DNA of 64,000 bases from Candidatus Thorarchaeota archaeon (GTDB lineage Archaea > Asgardarchaeota > Thorarchaeia > Thorarchaeales > Thorarchaeaceae), in assembly GCA_029855935.1 (NCBI GenBank), contig JAGSHN010000004.1, positions 64,001 to 128,000 of the forward strand. Reading direction: 5' to 3'. Of this stretch, positions 46,862 to 57,302 are shown one piece after another; position 1 is the first letter of the stretch, and each line of letters begins with the position of its first letter. The notes under the pieces are model-generated. The model saw only the letters and a program-made list of their open reading frames with translations, was not told the origin of the DNA and did not search any database. The position numbers and the translations under genes are program-made.

Positions 46862-48574
46862 CTATGGGGCATGTTGATGTCTAAACGTGTGCCCAGGTGA
46901 TGAGTCAACAGTCGATACTCTCCTAGAATCGGATGAAGACACGGTCGGCAGGGGAGCTGTGACTGCAACCGAACTCGACTCCTGGGGCTGTGCAACATGC
47001 AAACTGGCCCGCCATATCAAGATGGACATGATTGCCAGCGAGCCGACAAAGATTATGGCTGTGAGAGTGATGAGAAGGGGATTAGACGGGGGAGTGTCCG
47101 GACCCTGCATGGTCGACGGGAAACCTACTTTGAGGAATTCGTTCAGGAAGTTGATGAGAGTGTGTGCTGTGATTGTGCCGACTAGCGATTGTTTCGCGCT
47201 AAAGTATACATAGTAGATAGCAAAGAATACGCCCAGAAGAGCTGAGAATACCACCGATATGCCCATTTCAACCAGCAGCCTCGTACCTTGAAAACCATTT
47301 GCAATGGGCCACACAATGTGCCAGAAACCGAACAAGACTGATGACAGTACAATGGCACGTCCGGCATTCATTCGGAGATTGAGTGTGTTGAACAGCAGGC
47401 CGCGGAAATAGGTTTCCTCCATGATTGCATTTGTGAGAAAGAAGACGAATCCGTACCAGAGAAGGTCCGCATTGACTATCCCAATTCCTAGAGGCTCGGA
47501 TGTAAAGAGTGAGAAGAGTGCCTGAGGAACCACCACCCCTGCGGAGTATAGAACGATTCCAACCGCGGTACCAACTACAAGATGTGTCCTGAGAGAGGCC
47601 GAACTCAAGCCGAGGATTGATGAAACCTCATTGCGTCGAAAGAACCAGAATGTGGCGAGAAGGATGAGAAGCGGGAATAGCTTCGATGGAAGTATGTTGA
47701 TGGGCGTGGACCCCAGATCAAACACGAAGATATCAGCAAGACGCCACAGTGTTGCTACAGAGAAGAGTGCGAGTGTGAGTCGGAGGAGTCCACTACGAGA
47801 CAACAAGACTGTTTCATCCAGGGTTTCGACTGTACCAAGCGAGCTGTCGTGGAGTAGACCGCCGATATCATTCGAGGTAGTCATCAAGTTGCCCTCAGAG
47901 GGGAATTCGCTGACAAGAGGGCTCGTCACCTCACCGGGAACGGGCGTGCGGGAGGACGACCGATGCCAGGGATTCGTTAGGGCGATGGCGGCAGTAACCG
48001 TTCCCAGCCCGTTGCAAAGGCCATTGACAATGGGGTTTGTAGCCGTAATCTGCCCGATAGAGATTAGCGCCAATGCAATGACCATAAGGCCACTGCGCAC
48101 CTCCCTGAGGCGCCTCGTCTTCCATGTGATGAGGAAGGTCAGAGCCAGAAGAAGCGTCACAGTCAATACAATGGGTATGCATAGTAACAGGATTGTCAAC
48201 TGGCTTGCAGAGAAGAACACTGCGCCAACCCAATAGATTGTCATCAGTCCAATCAGACGGGGGTGGTGGCGTCGGTACTGAGGAGTCCAGATCTCCAGCA
48301 GGGCCACCATGAGGGGTAGGACAGTTCCAAGAATGACGAGGGACCTGATCTTGAAGACCCATAACGAGTCCGGAAGCACATTGTCCATCACAAGAGCCCG
48401 AAGCAGGTTGTTCAGGCCGTGCGACAGGAAAGTGATGCCGAAAACAAGAGGAAGGTCCGAATACAGACGGACCTCTTGGCGACTCCACGATTGAAGTAGA
48501 TAGAGTCCAACGAGAAAGGACACAAGAGTGGTTGCTATCGTGAGGGGGAGATAGGTAAGGGTCACAGACTGCAA
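46862..48574 (-). CDS. Multi-pass membrane protein: N-terminal ~7-TM domain fused to a CPBP/Abi (Rce1-like CAAX) intramembrane protease
   Basis: C-terminal EETYFRG, FGFWH, HTLIN motifs; N-terminal ~200 aa with seven hydrophobic segments and a polar linker. Confidence 0.82.
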   Translation of the reverse strand: MQSVTLTYLPLTIATTLVSFLVGLYLLQSWSRQEVRLYSDLPLVFGITFLSHGLNNLLRALVMDNVLPDSLWVFKIRSLVILGTVLPLMVALLEIWTPQYRRHHPRLIGLMTIYWVGAVFFSASQLTILLLCIPIVLTVTLLLALTFLITWKTRRLREVRSGLMVIALALISIGQITATNPIVNGLCNGLGTVTAAIALTNPWHRSSSRTPVPGEVTSPLVSEFPSEGNLMTTSNDIGGLLHDSSLGTVETLDETVLLSRSGLLRLTLALFSVATLWRLADIFVFDLGSTPINILPSKLFPLLILLATFWFFRRNEVSSILGLSSASLRTHLVVGTAVGIVLYSAGVVVPQALFSLFTSEPLGIGIVNADLLWYGFVFFLTNAIMEETYFRGLLFNTLNLRMNAGRAIVLSSVLFGFWHIVWPIANGFQGTRLLVEMGISVVFSALLGVFFAIYYVYFSAKQSLVGTITAHTLINFLNEFLKVGFPSTMQGPDTPPSNPLLITLTAIIFVGSLAIMSILIWRASLHVAQPQESSSVAVTAPLPTVSSSDSRRVSTVDSSPGHTFRHQHAP

Positions 48575-48819
48575 GGATACTCACCCGTGCCGCAATAGTA
48601 GTTCCGATATCACGTGCTGACCGCACTACTTAAGGTCCTACAGGGAATAGAGCAACAGTCCGCAGGCTCGCAGACTGTCAAGTTGATAGAAGACTTCTGC
48701 TCGGTGACTCCGTTCAGCAACTTTAAGTGACTTGCAGCGAAGAGCCCGATGAATAGTGCTGGGATGATAGTTCACGACTGTTCCGGCCATCTCTAACTGA
48801 GATGGAGAGATGATGACGG

Positions 48820-50886
48820 ATGTACGTGCTGGAAGACCTACAGGAGCGGATTGAGGAGTTTCTTCGCGGATTCAAGGATGAAGAGGGGAACCTAGTTTAT
48901 CTTCCCCGAATTCAGGCAATGTCGCTCGATCGCATGACCTCGCTCACGGTGGACTTTCAGGACTTGGTGACTTTTGACAACGTGTTTCTGGACGTTGCAA
49001 ACAAGGATCCCAGCACGTTTCTGAGGGCCGGGACCAATGCCCTTCTAGCAATCCTAGAGTTGGAGGATCCAGACTATGTCGACGATATGGACCGAAGGAC
49101 ATTCAGGTTCCGAATCGTGAACTATCCGGATCACGTGCCGCTGCGGGCAATACGTTCGAAGCATATCGGACGGCTCATCCATATCAGTGGAATTATGATG
49201 CGGGCAAGCGAGGTAAAGCCATTGCTCGTCGAGGCAGTCTTCATGTGTAGAGTCTGCGGAAGCGAGATTCATCAGATACAGGAGGAGGGGAGGTACACTG
49301 AGCCGCTCCAATGTGACACCTGTCAGAAGAAGACACCCATGAAGTTGATTCCCGAGAAGTCTAGGTTCATAGACTGGCAGAAGGTCAGGATTCAGGAGTC
49401 GCCGGAGGAACTTCCACCGGGTCAGATGCCACGCTCAGTTGACGTAATCCTCGACGGCGATATCGTCGATCTCTCAAGACCAGGGGACCTCGTCAAGGTG
49501 ACTGGAATTCTTCGGACATCTCCCGACTTCTCAAGACGAGGTGGACGACTTGCGACATTCAATGTCTACATTGAGGCCAATGGAATAGAAATCTCGGAGA
49601 AGGAGTTCGAGGAACTCAATATCTCTGAGGAGGATGAGAGAAGAATCAGGGAACTTGCAGACGATCCGTATGTCCACGAGAGAATATACGCTTCAATAGC
49701 GCCCTCCATCCACGGCCACGAACTCATAAAAGAGTCGATAGCCCTGTTGTTGTTTGGCGGGGTAGGGAAAGTCTTGCCCGATGGGACCCGCCTCAGAGGA
49801 CGCTCGAACATCCTCATAATAGGCGACCCCGGGACGGGGAAGAGCCAGATGCTGAAGTTTGTTGCGAGTCTTGCACAGCGGGGGCTATACACCTCTGGCA
49901 AGGGAACAACTGCTGCAGGCCTCACAGCCGCAGTAGTCAGGGACACCGAAACAGGCGCGATGACGCTGGAGGCGGGCGCTCTTGTCTTGGCCGACCAAGG
50001 GATAGCATGTATTGATGAGTTCGACAAGATGGATCCAAACGACCGTACGGCAATACACGAGGCAATGGAACAGCACACGGTCAGCATCGCGAAGGCGGGG
50101 ATTGTTGCGACACTGAATGCTCGAACGTCGATTCTTGCGGCTGCAAATCCGGCCCTAGGACGATACGAGCCCTCGCTCTCCGTTCAAGACAATATCAAGC
50201 TTCCATTCACAATACTCTCTAGGTTTGACCTCATCTGGATACTCGTTGACACGGTTGAGGTCGAGAGGGACAGGGACCTTGCACGGTTCATATTGGGGAT
50301 GCATCAGAGGCAGAGAACGCCAATCCAAGAAAAAGTCGAAACAGTACACCCCGACTTTCTGAGAAAGTATATCGCCTATGCAAGTAGAGAGAATCCCGTT
50401 CTCACCTCGGAGGCCGCAGAAGTGATTGAGAATTTCTACGTCGACCTCCGCAAGACCGCGGAGGGTGGCAATGCGCCGGTTCCAATCACCGCAAGACAGC
50501 TGGAGTCGCTTGTCCGCTTGGCCGAGGCGCGAGCAAGAATGGCTCTGCGCCCGAAAGTGACAAGAGAGGATGCAGAGGCTGCAGTGCGGCTTATGGAGGA
50601 GTCATTGAGGATGGTGGCCTTTGATAGGGTGACAGGAAAGATTGACATCGACCGTCTGGTATCCACTATGAGCGCATCCCAACGTAATGTTTCAGATTTG
50701 ATAATCAAGGTCATGAAGGACTTTGAGAAAGAGGGCATATCCACGGTTGACGAGGAAACGCTGATCAAGCGGGTGACGGACATGGGAGTGGCCAGAGAAC
50801 GTGTAGAGGAAACGCTGAGAAAGCTCTTGGCCGAGGGGATTTTGTTCAACCCACGTGGGGGGAAAATAAAGCGGGCCCAGACTTGA
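48820..50886 (+). CDS. mcm: Replicative helicase MCM
   Basis: C4 zinc finger, QE.PE.LP.GQMPRS, GDPGTGKSQ, TAAGLTAAV, IDEFDKM, SRFD, TARQLESL.R; no intein. Confidence 0.98.
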   Translation: MYVLEDLQERIEEFLRGFKDEEGNLVYLPRIQAMSLDRMTSLTVDFQDLVTFDNVFLDVANKDPSTFLRAGTNALLAILELEDPDYVDDMDRRTFRFRIVNYPDHVPLRAIRSKHIGRLIHISGIMMRASEVKPLLVEAVFMCRVCGSEIHQIQEEGRYTEPLQCDTCQKKTPMKLIPEKSRFIDWQKVRIQESPEELPPGQMPRSVDVILDGDIVDLSRPGDLVKVTGILRTSPDFSRRGGRLATFNVYIEANGIEISEKEFEELNISEEDERRIRELADDPYVHERIYASIAPSIHGHELIKESIALLLFGGVGKVLPDGTRLRGRSNILIIGDPGTGKSQMLKFVASLAQRGLYTSGKGTTAAGLTAAVVRDTETGAMTLEAGALVLADQGIACIDEFDKMDPNDRTAIHEAMEQHTVSIAKAGIVATLNARTSILAAANPALGRYEPSLSVQDNIKLPFTILSRFDLIWILVDTVEVERDRDLARFILGMHQRQRTPIQEKVETVHPDFLRKYIAYASRENPVLTSEAAEVIENFYVDLRKTAEGGNAPVPITARQLESLVRLAEARARMALRPKVTREDAEAAVRLMEESLRMVAFDRVTGKIDIDRLVSTMSASQRNVSDLIIKVMKDFEKEGISTVDEETLIKRVTDMGVARERVEETLRKLLAEGILFNPRGGKIKRAQT

Positions 50887-50898
50887 ACGGTGTTATAG

Positions 50899-53115
50899 AT
50901 GAGAGTAGAGGAACTGCCCCTTCATCACTCACTCTTGGCTGCTGTCAGAAACAGTGGAATCTCGACACTATTCCCACCACAGGAAGAGGCGTTTAGGAGC
51001 GGCGTCCTGGAAGGGGATAATCTTGTTTTGGCAGTTCCAACCAGCGCTGGGAAGACTTTGGTGGCAGAGGTTGCAATTCTGAAGTCCATATCTGAAGGTA
51101 GAGGACGCGCGCTGTATCTGGTTCCGCTAAGATCTCTCGCTAGGGAGAAGTATCTAGACTTCAACAAGTACGAGGAAATAGGGATTCGTGTTGCAATCTC
51201 AATAGGGGACTACGACTCTGCAGTTTCAGACCTACGCCAAGCGGACATAGTCGTGATGACGACGGAGCGGGCTGATGCCCTACTGCGTCACTATCCGGAC
51301 TATATGACGGGTGTTGGCATAGTGATTGTTGATGAGGTACATCTCATCAACGACACTCACCGCGGGCCAACGCTTGAAGTTCTTGTAGCAAAGATGCGTA
51401 GGCTGGCACCTCAGATTCAGATTGTGGCCCTGAGCGCGACCATATCCAATGCCGACGAGATAGCCAAATGGCTTGATGCTCGGCTTGTTCGAAGTGACTG
51501 GCGCCCTGTTCCTCTGGAGGAGGGCGTCGTCCTAGAAGGGGATATCTATTTTGCAAATGGAAGAGTCGAGTCCTTTCGGCGGAGAAGGTATGACGACGTA
51601 CTCGACCTGGTCATGGACACGCTGGACGGGGCAGGACAGATACTCATTTTCGTGTCGAGCCGACGGAATACGATGGCCCTTGCAAGAAGGGTTGCTCCTG
51701 TCGTCCGAACCTATCTTCAGGAAAGTGATGCGAGAACATTGGAGAAGATAGCACAACGGTTGGTCGCTCGCCCGTCGGTTTCCGAGACAACAGTAGCTTT
51801 GGCCAATGTCGTGAGAGGCGGCGCGGCATTCCATCATGCGGGGTTGACGAATAGCGAGCGTGCTGTAATAGAGGAGCTGTTCAAGGCCAATGCACTCAAG
51901 GCAATCGTCGCCACCCCTACGCTGGCTGCAGGTGTCAATCTTCCTGCGAGACGTGTCGTGATAAGGGACTATCGCCGCTATGAGGCTGACAGGGGAAACA
52001 GGCCCATCCCCGTGCTGGAGTACAAGCAGATGGCGGGGCGCGCTGGACGCCCAAGTTATGATGAGAGAGGGGAGGCACTGCTCATTGCCAAGACGCCAGA
52101 GGAATGCGATGGGCTGCTGGAGAGATACGTCCTCGCCGAAACCGAGAGGATTCGCTCTCGCCTAGCCGACCAAGATGTGTTGCAGTTTCATCTGCTTGCA
52201 ACAATAGCAAGCGGACTGACGCAGAAGCGCAGAGAGATAGACGATCTTGTGGCACAGACTTTCTACGGACACCAGTACAAGATTCATCAGATTGAGTACG
52301 AGATAGACTCGGCCATCGAGTTTCTCATAGCGGGGGAGCTCGTCAAACTTGATGGTCAGCAGTACCTTGCAACGCCGCTCGGAGAACGCGTGTCTCAGCT
52401 CTATATCGCACCAAGCACAGCACTCCTGTTCAGGGATTTGCTTGGCAAAAGGCGGGACATCACCGAGATTGGTGCGCTGCATATGCTATGTCACTCGCAA
52501 GACCAGCCCTTGGCATACGTCACACGGTCGGAGATTGATGAGTTAGAACTGTTTCTTGAAACCCACCTTGACGAGCTGTTACTCAGTCCACCGGATAGTT
52601 GGGATGAGGAGGAATATGGTCGATTCCTTGGTGAACTAAAGACTGCGCGCATTCTGATGAGCTGGATCTCAGAGGAAACAGAGAGATCGATCACAGAGCA
52701 ATTCAGTGTTGGCATGGGCGATGTGCACAGATTTGCACAGTCAGCGGAGTGGCTGGCATACTCGGCAAGCGAGATATCTCACTTGATTGGAGCATTTGAC
52801 CTAGTGAGGCCATTCCGGGAGCTCCAGTCGCGCCTGAAGTATGGAGTGCGCGCAGAACTCCTCCCTCTTGTCAGGCTGAGAGGTATAGGGCGGGTTCGTG
52901 GTCGAATGTTGTACCAACATGGCTTCAAGAGCGTGAGCAATCTTGTGGAGGCGTCTGTCGAGGCCATTGCGCGTGTGCCTGCAATAGGGACACGTGTAGC
53001 GGAGGCATTGAAGGCGCAGATCACAGAGTATGATTCAGCGGGTGGGAATGCTGCAGTGGAGATAGAGGATGGAGAGTTGTCGGACCTTCAGCTTTCTCTT
53101 GAGGACTTCCTGTGA
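50899..53115 (+). CDS. hel308: Ski2-like DNA helicase Hel308/Hjm
   Basis: PTSAGKT, DEVH, LSAT, FHHAGL, ATPTLAAGVNLPA, QMAGRAGRP, HhH GIGRVR. Confidence 0.95.
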   Translation: MRVEELPLHHSLLAAVRNSGISTLFPPQEEAFRSGVLEGDNLVLAVPTSAGKTLVAEVAILKSISEGRGRALYLVPLRSLAREKYLDFNKYEEIGIRVAISIGDYDSAVSDLRQADIVVMTTERADALLRHYPDYMTGVGIVIVDEVHLINDTHRGPTLEVLVAKMRRLAPQIQIVALSATISNADEIAKWLDARLVRSDWRPVPLEEGVVLEGDIYFANGRVESFRRRRYDDVLDLVMDTLDGAGQILIFVSSRRNTMALARRVAPVVRTYLQESDARTLEKIAQRLVARPSVSETTVALANVVRGGAAFHHAGLTNSERAVIEELFKANALKAIVATPTLAAGVNLPARRVVIRDYRRYEADRGNRPIPVLEYKQMAGRAGRPSYDERGEALLIAKTPEECDGLLERYVLAETERIRSRLADQDVLQFHLLATIASGLTQKRREIDDLVAQTFYGHQYKIHQIEYEIDSAIEFLIAGELVKLDGQQYLATPLGERVSQLYIAPSTALLFRDLLGKRRDITEIGALHMLCHSQDQPLAYVTRSEIDELELFLETHLDELLLSPPDSWDEEEYGRFLGELKTARILMSWISEETERSITEQFSVGMGDVHRFAQSAEWLAYSASEISHLIGAFDLVRPFRELQSRLKYGVRAELLPLVRLRGIGRVRGRMLYQHGFKSVSNLVEASVEAIARVPAIGTRVAEALKAQITEYDSAGGNAAVEIEDGELSDLQLSLEDFL

Positions 53116-53118
53116 CTC

Positions 53119-54174
53119 TCAGAGCAGGATACCTTCCTGTCGGTCCTTTACACTCTCGATTGTTGCAAGTACGTAATCGATACATGTCTTGCTCTCACGA
53201 TACTCCTCTCTATGGCTCTGCGGCCTAGTACCTGCAAAACGCTCCACAAGGTCACGAGAGGCCTGGCCAACAACATCGAGGTTGTACCCGCCTTCAAGAA
53301 ATGCCACAAGATGGCCATCGGCGTAGTTGGAGGCGATTTCGCACAGATAGTTATTCATCATAGAGATATCATCGAGTGTGAGACCGAGATTCGTTAGCGG
53401 ATCTTCAAAGTGGCAGTCGAAGCCGACCGAGGCCAACACGAACTGAGGCCTGAACGAGGCCACGAGAGGGAGTATCACGTCCTCGAATGCATGCCTGTAG
53501 GAGGTGTGGCCTGCACCAGGATACATTGGTATGTTGACAGTGTAGCCATATCCTTTGCCACGCCCCATCTCATCAACAAACCCGCTCCCAGGGAATAGGG
53601 TGCGCCCATCCTGATGAAGTCCAATGTAGAGCACCTCATCGGAAGAGTAGAAGGCGTTCTGTGTGCCATTCCCGTGGTGGGCATCGTAGTCGATTATCAC
53701 CACGCGCTTCAACTGCCTACGTCGAACGAGGTGATTTGCAGCCACAGCGACGTTGTTAATGAAGCAGAAACCAAAAGCTCGATCATACTCCGCGTGATGA
53801 CCAGGAGGCCGGCATAGGACAAATGCATTCTCAGAAATCCCATCCAAAACACGATCCACGGCAACAAGACCGCCTCCTGCAGCGAATAGTGCCGCCTTGT
53901 ACGTGAACCTGTTGACCGATGTGTCGAGCGTGAAGAACCCACCGCCCCTCTCGGACATGCTCTTGAGTGACAGTAGGTACTCGTTACTGTGAAGTGAGAT
54001 GACCTCGTCCAGTGGAGCCTCCCTCGCCTCGATCAGTCGTATTGTTTCCCCATCGAAGACAGGAGATTGCCGAATCTCTGATAGTGCGGTCTGCAGTCGT
54101 TCGGGGCGTTCTGGATGTCCGACAGACATCTTGTGTTTGATAAAGTAGTCATGATAAATGATGTCCGTTGTCAT
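53119..54174 (-). CDS. Histone deacetylase family protein (zinc-dependent)
   Basis: HPERPER, RPPGHHA, GFC..NN, DYDAHHGNGTQ, GFD.H..DPL, LEGGY. Confidence 0.95.
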   Translation of the reverse strand: MTTDIIYHDYFIKHKMSVGHPERPERLQTALSEIRQSPVFDGETIRLIEAREAPLDEVISLHSNEYLLSLKSMSERGGGFFTLDTSVNRFTYKAALFAAGGGLVAVDRVLDGISENAFVLCRPPGHHAEYDRAFGFCFINNVAVAANHLVRRRQLKRVVIIDYDAHHGNGTQNAFYSSDEVLYIGLHQDGRTLFPGSGFVDEMGRGKGYGYTVNIPMYPGAGHTSYRHAFEDVILPLVASFRPQFVLASVGFDCHFEDPLTNLGLTLDDISMMNNYLCEIASNYADGHLVAFLEGGYNLDVVGQASRDLVERFAGTRPQSHREEYRESKTCIDYVLATIESVKDRQEGILL

Positions 54175-54299
54175 TTGACCGACTCCTCGGGATTAGAGTA
54201 CTAGAACAAAACCATCTCTTCTTCGTTCATAGATAAGTCATTCACATCCCGAAAGCAATCTTTATCTTGGAACCAGCCGCGAAAGTATTACTGTAGAAT

Positions 54300-54405
54300 G
54301 GGTCGGTAGTCTAGCTTGGTATGATTCTTGCTTGGGGTGGCTCAAGTCATCGCTTGAGTCACAGATTGCAAGAGGTCGGGCGTTCAAGTCGCCCCCGGCC
54401 CACCA
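54300..54405 (+). tRNA. tRNA-Pro(GGG) with 29-nt 37/38 intron (54338-54366)
   Basis: GGGTCGG/CCGGCCC acceptor, CTTGC-TTGGGG|intron|T-GCAAG, intron hairpin GGCTCAAG/CTTGAGTC, GTTCAAGTC, CCA. Confidence 0.92.
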
Positions 54406-54493
54406 TCATCAATTTTCTTCCTCTGTTGCCAGTCGACTGTTCCAAGGTCTTGTGTTTCCAATAAGCGAACAGGCGTACCTAGGGTAGGAGTCA

Positions 54494-55054
54494 CTAGAGG
54501 GGAATCTCCCATAACGTTTCGTAGATTGGACCTGCGGGCGTTAGTGTGCTCTTTTTCATCCTTATGCAGGTGACAGACATAGTTCCAACAACCTCGTTCC
54601 TCAATGACTCTATGTTGCGAAGGAACCGGTCCCGGTCACGAACACTACGCACACGAGCAATGGTCAGATGAGTCTTGAACCTCTTGTCTGGAGGATAACC
54701 CAGATTTCCCAAGAGATCGTCTATCTGTGACTTTAGCGAAACCATCTTGTCGTGACCATCACTCACACCGACCCAGATCACTCGTGCACGGGTTAGCGTC
54801 GGGAATGCACCAACGCCCTCCATCCGTACTGCGAACGGCCTGGCTTGGAGCGACTGTAGACTATCACGGATTATGTCCGTCTTGGATAAGGGAGTATCCC
54901 CGAAGAATCGCAGGGTGAAATGCACATTCTGTATTTCGACCAACTTGAGCTTGGCGGCATGCTGATCAAGGCGGCTCTGAAGGTGATGAATCCTATCGCG
55001 TAGTGATGGTTCTTCAACATCGATGCTTAGAAAGGCTCGGACGGTGGAACTCAT
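54494..55054 (-). CDS. thpR: RNA 2',3'-cyclic phosphodiesterase / 2'-5' RNA ligase (2H family)
   Basis: RAFLS, HFTL.FFG, HLTIARV, STLT..GPIY. Confidence 0.93.
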   Translation of the reverse strand: MSSTVRAFLSIDVEEPSLRDRIHHLQSRLDQHAAKLKLVEIQNVHFTLRFFGDTPLSKTDIIRDSLQSLQARPFAVRMEGVGAFPTLTRARVIWVGVSDGHDKMVSLKSQIDDLLGNLGYPPDKRFKTHLTIARVRSVRDRDRFLRNIESLRNEVVGTMSVTCIRMKKSTLTPAGPIYETLWEIPL

Positions 55055-55195
55055 CGCAATCACATGGACTCCATTTGGGGTGGCATTCAACTTCAATGTG
55101 CCGACCCACAGATGATGTAGTACGTATGTGAAACGTTACAGTTCGCTAGTCTTAAAGGCACACACCTGAGGAATTGACAGTCGAAGGGTTTCAAG

Positions 55196-56323
55196 TTGAC
55201 AAGAAAGGAGTCAGGTGTCGATCTACCGGCCTCCACAAGGGGCACCGTGAAGAAGTCATCTCGGAGAGGGAGGGCGGAAACGTACGGTGCAAGGAGAGTA
55301 GTGTTGCGGCCGATTGGGTATCCGTTTAGACTGAGGGGGGACCCTCAGCCATCAGGGATAGAAATAGATGACGATGGACTCTTTCAGGACTATGCACGCG
55401 AGCAGTGGATTGGAAGCGTCGTGAGAAAGGGGATGTACCTCTTTGACCGTTACGTTATGCCAGACTTCGCCTTTCACGTTCTTGATGTTGTTCCCGAGGG
55501 GTCTGTGATAACGAGGGACACGGAGATAGTGCTGCAGAATGGGCGAAGTGGTAAGCCAAATGCCTCCTTGAAACCAGTGCCGTTTGAAGATATCATCGGA
55601 CACGACGATGTGAAGTCCAAATGTCAAATCATTCTTCGATACCTGAACGACCCGACATTATATGAGGAGTGGGCTCCGCGTGCCGTCCTTTTCTATGGTC
55701 CACCTGGCACAGGAAAGACTATGACAGCTGTTGCCCTCGCCAGTAAGGCCAAGGCTAATGTTATCATCGTAAAAGCACCGGACCTCATAGGCGCCCATGT
55801 GGGCGACGGAGCAAGACGCATAGCAGCTGTCTTCGATGAGGCAAGAGGAGCGGCACCAAGCATCGTGTTCATAGACGAGATTGATGCTATTGCACTCCAT
55901 AGATCATTTCAGTCAGTCCGTGGAGACGTATCGGAGATAGTCACGACACTGCTGGGAGAGATCGACCGGACTGTAGATGATGTGCCAGTGGTGGTCATTG
56001 CTGCAACTAATGCAATTGAACTGTTGGATCCCGCAGTGAGAAGTAGATTTGACGCCGCCTTTGAGTTCCGGCTACCAACAGATGAAGAGAGATACCAGAT
56101 TCTTGAGATGTATGCCTCTCGCCTGCCCCTGCCTGTGAGGGCGGACCTCAAGCTCATAGCAAGGAGATCACATGGACTATCGGGACGCGACCTTCGCAAC
56201 CGCCTTCTAAAGGAGGCGTTCCATCTTGCCGTTGTTGAGGGACTGGATCACGTTCCAGCACGAATCTTGATGTCAGTACTTCAAAAGATAATGTCGAGGA
56301 AACGACCAGACTATGTCTTGTAA
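55196..56323 (+). CDS. AAA+ ATPase, archaeal COG1223 type
   Basis: L.P.GYP, F..YAREQW, YLFD...PDFAF N-domain; GPPGTGKT, FIDEIDA, RSRF. Confidence 0.9.
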   Translation: MTRKESGVDLPASTRGTVKKSSRRGRAETYGARRVVLRPIGYPFRLRGDPQPSGIEIDDDGLFQDYAREQWIGSVVRKGMYLFDRYVMPDFAFHVLDVVPEGSVITRDTEIVLQNGRSGKPNASLKPVPFEDIIGHDDVKSKCQIILRYLNDPTLYEEWAPRAVLFYGPPGTGKTMTAVALASKAKANVIIVKAPDLIGAHVGDGARRIAAVFDEARGAAPSIVFIDEIDAIALHRSFQSVRGDVSEIVTTLLGEIDRTVDDVPVVVIAATNAIELLDPAVRSRFDAAFEFRLPTDEERYQILEMYASRLPLPVRADLKLIARRSHGLSGRDLRNRLLKEAFHLAVVEGLDHVPARILMSVLQKIMSRKRPDYVL

Positions 56324-56347
56324 AGGAGGCACAGGAGAACGCACAGA

Positions 56348-56908
56348 ATGAGAGTGATAATAGTGACTGGCATGCCCGGCTCTGGAAAGAGTGAGGCCGC
56401 GCGTCTGCTAAACGAGGAATACGGCATCCCCATCGTTGTGATGGGCGATGTTGTCCGCGACGTCATTCGTGAGAGGGGGCTGGAGCCGACACCTGAGCTC
56501 ACGAGGGAAACTATGCTGCGTCTGCGGGAGGAGGATGGCCCGGGCGCCATTGCAATGAGATGTCTGGACAAACTCCGTGACTGTGGTTCCGATGTGGTTG
56601 TCATCGAGGGCTGCAGAAGCTTGGCCGAGGTGGAGGTATTTGAGAGAGAGGCGCGGACGATCACAATCGTATGTATTCATTCATCACCCACGACCAGATT
56701 CACGCGACTGAAACTCAGAGGCAGATCCGATGCTCCGCTGGACTACCAATCGTTCCGTAGACGGGATCTGACGGAGTTGTCAGTGGGCATCGGGGGGGTG
56801 ATAGCGCTCGCAGACTTCATGATAGTCAATGAGGGCACACTCGAAGAATTCTGTGCACGAGTACGACAGATTGCGGAGAGGATACTTGGAAATGAGGGTT
56901 GTTGTTGA
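56348..56908 (+). CDS. Dephospho-CoA kinase-like nucleotide kinase (UPF0200/COG0237)
   Basis: TGMPGSGKS, MGDVVR, G.RS..EV, RGRSD, RD..EL..G. Confidence 0.85.
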   Translation: MRVIIVTGMPGSGKSEAARLLNEEYGIPIVVMGDVVRDVIRERGLEPTPELTRETMLRLREEDGPGAIAMRCLDKLRDCGSDVVVIEGCRSLAEVEVFEREARTITIVCIHSSPTTRFTRLKLRGRSDAPLDYQSFRRRDLTELSVGIGGVIALADFMIVNEGTLEEFCARVRQIAERILGNEGCC

Positions 56909-57302
56909 TTGTCCCACGTATCCAACCGAGGATCCAGAAAAGGTCCTCTTGGCGGTCACAAGCCTCTTTCCAGACTTAGAGTTCAGACCCACCGAGAACG
57001 GCGTACGAGCCGAGACAAGCGGGAGAAGCGGTCTCGAGTGGCTCCGGTCGAGAATCTTCGAACGACGTATAATCGACGCCACTCGCGCTCGTCTCTACTC
57101 AAACGCTGACGATGATCACACCAGACTTCACCTTGACAAACAGGCCGGACTGCACGGCCGCGTACGCATAGTTGATGAGTTCGAGGAGGAACCCCCGCTC
57201 GGAACCATTGTGGTAGACTTCTTCTTTGAGTCCACGAGAGAGATGGAGGAGTTCATCAAGTGGATTGCTCCACCCACAGAAGATGGACGCGCGTTAATCT
57301 AG
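56892..57302 (+). CDS. UPF0201/DUF54 RNA-binding protein (COG1931)
   Basis: YPTEDPEKV..A...LFP, I.D..R, L.KQA..G, PPLG.I, W..P.T.DG. Confidence 0.85.
   Translation: MRVVVDCPTYPTEDPEKVLLAVTSLFPDLEFRPTENGVRAETSGRSGLEWLRSRIFERRIIDATRARLYSNADDDHTRLHLDKQAGLHGRVRIVDEFEEEPPLGTIVVDFFFESTREMEEFIKWIAPPTEDGRALI

Noticed and set aside
48575-48819. Intergenic region upstream of mcm as a replication origin
   Set aside because: No ORB-like repeats, no AT-rich unwinding element and no cdc6/orc1 neighbour; explained by divergent promoters
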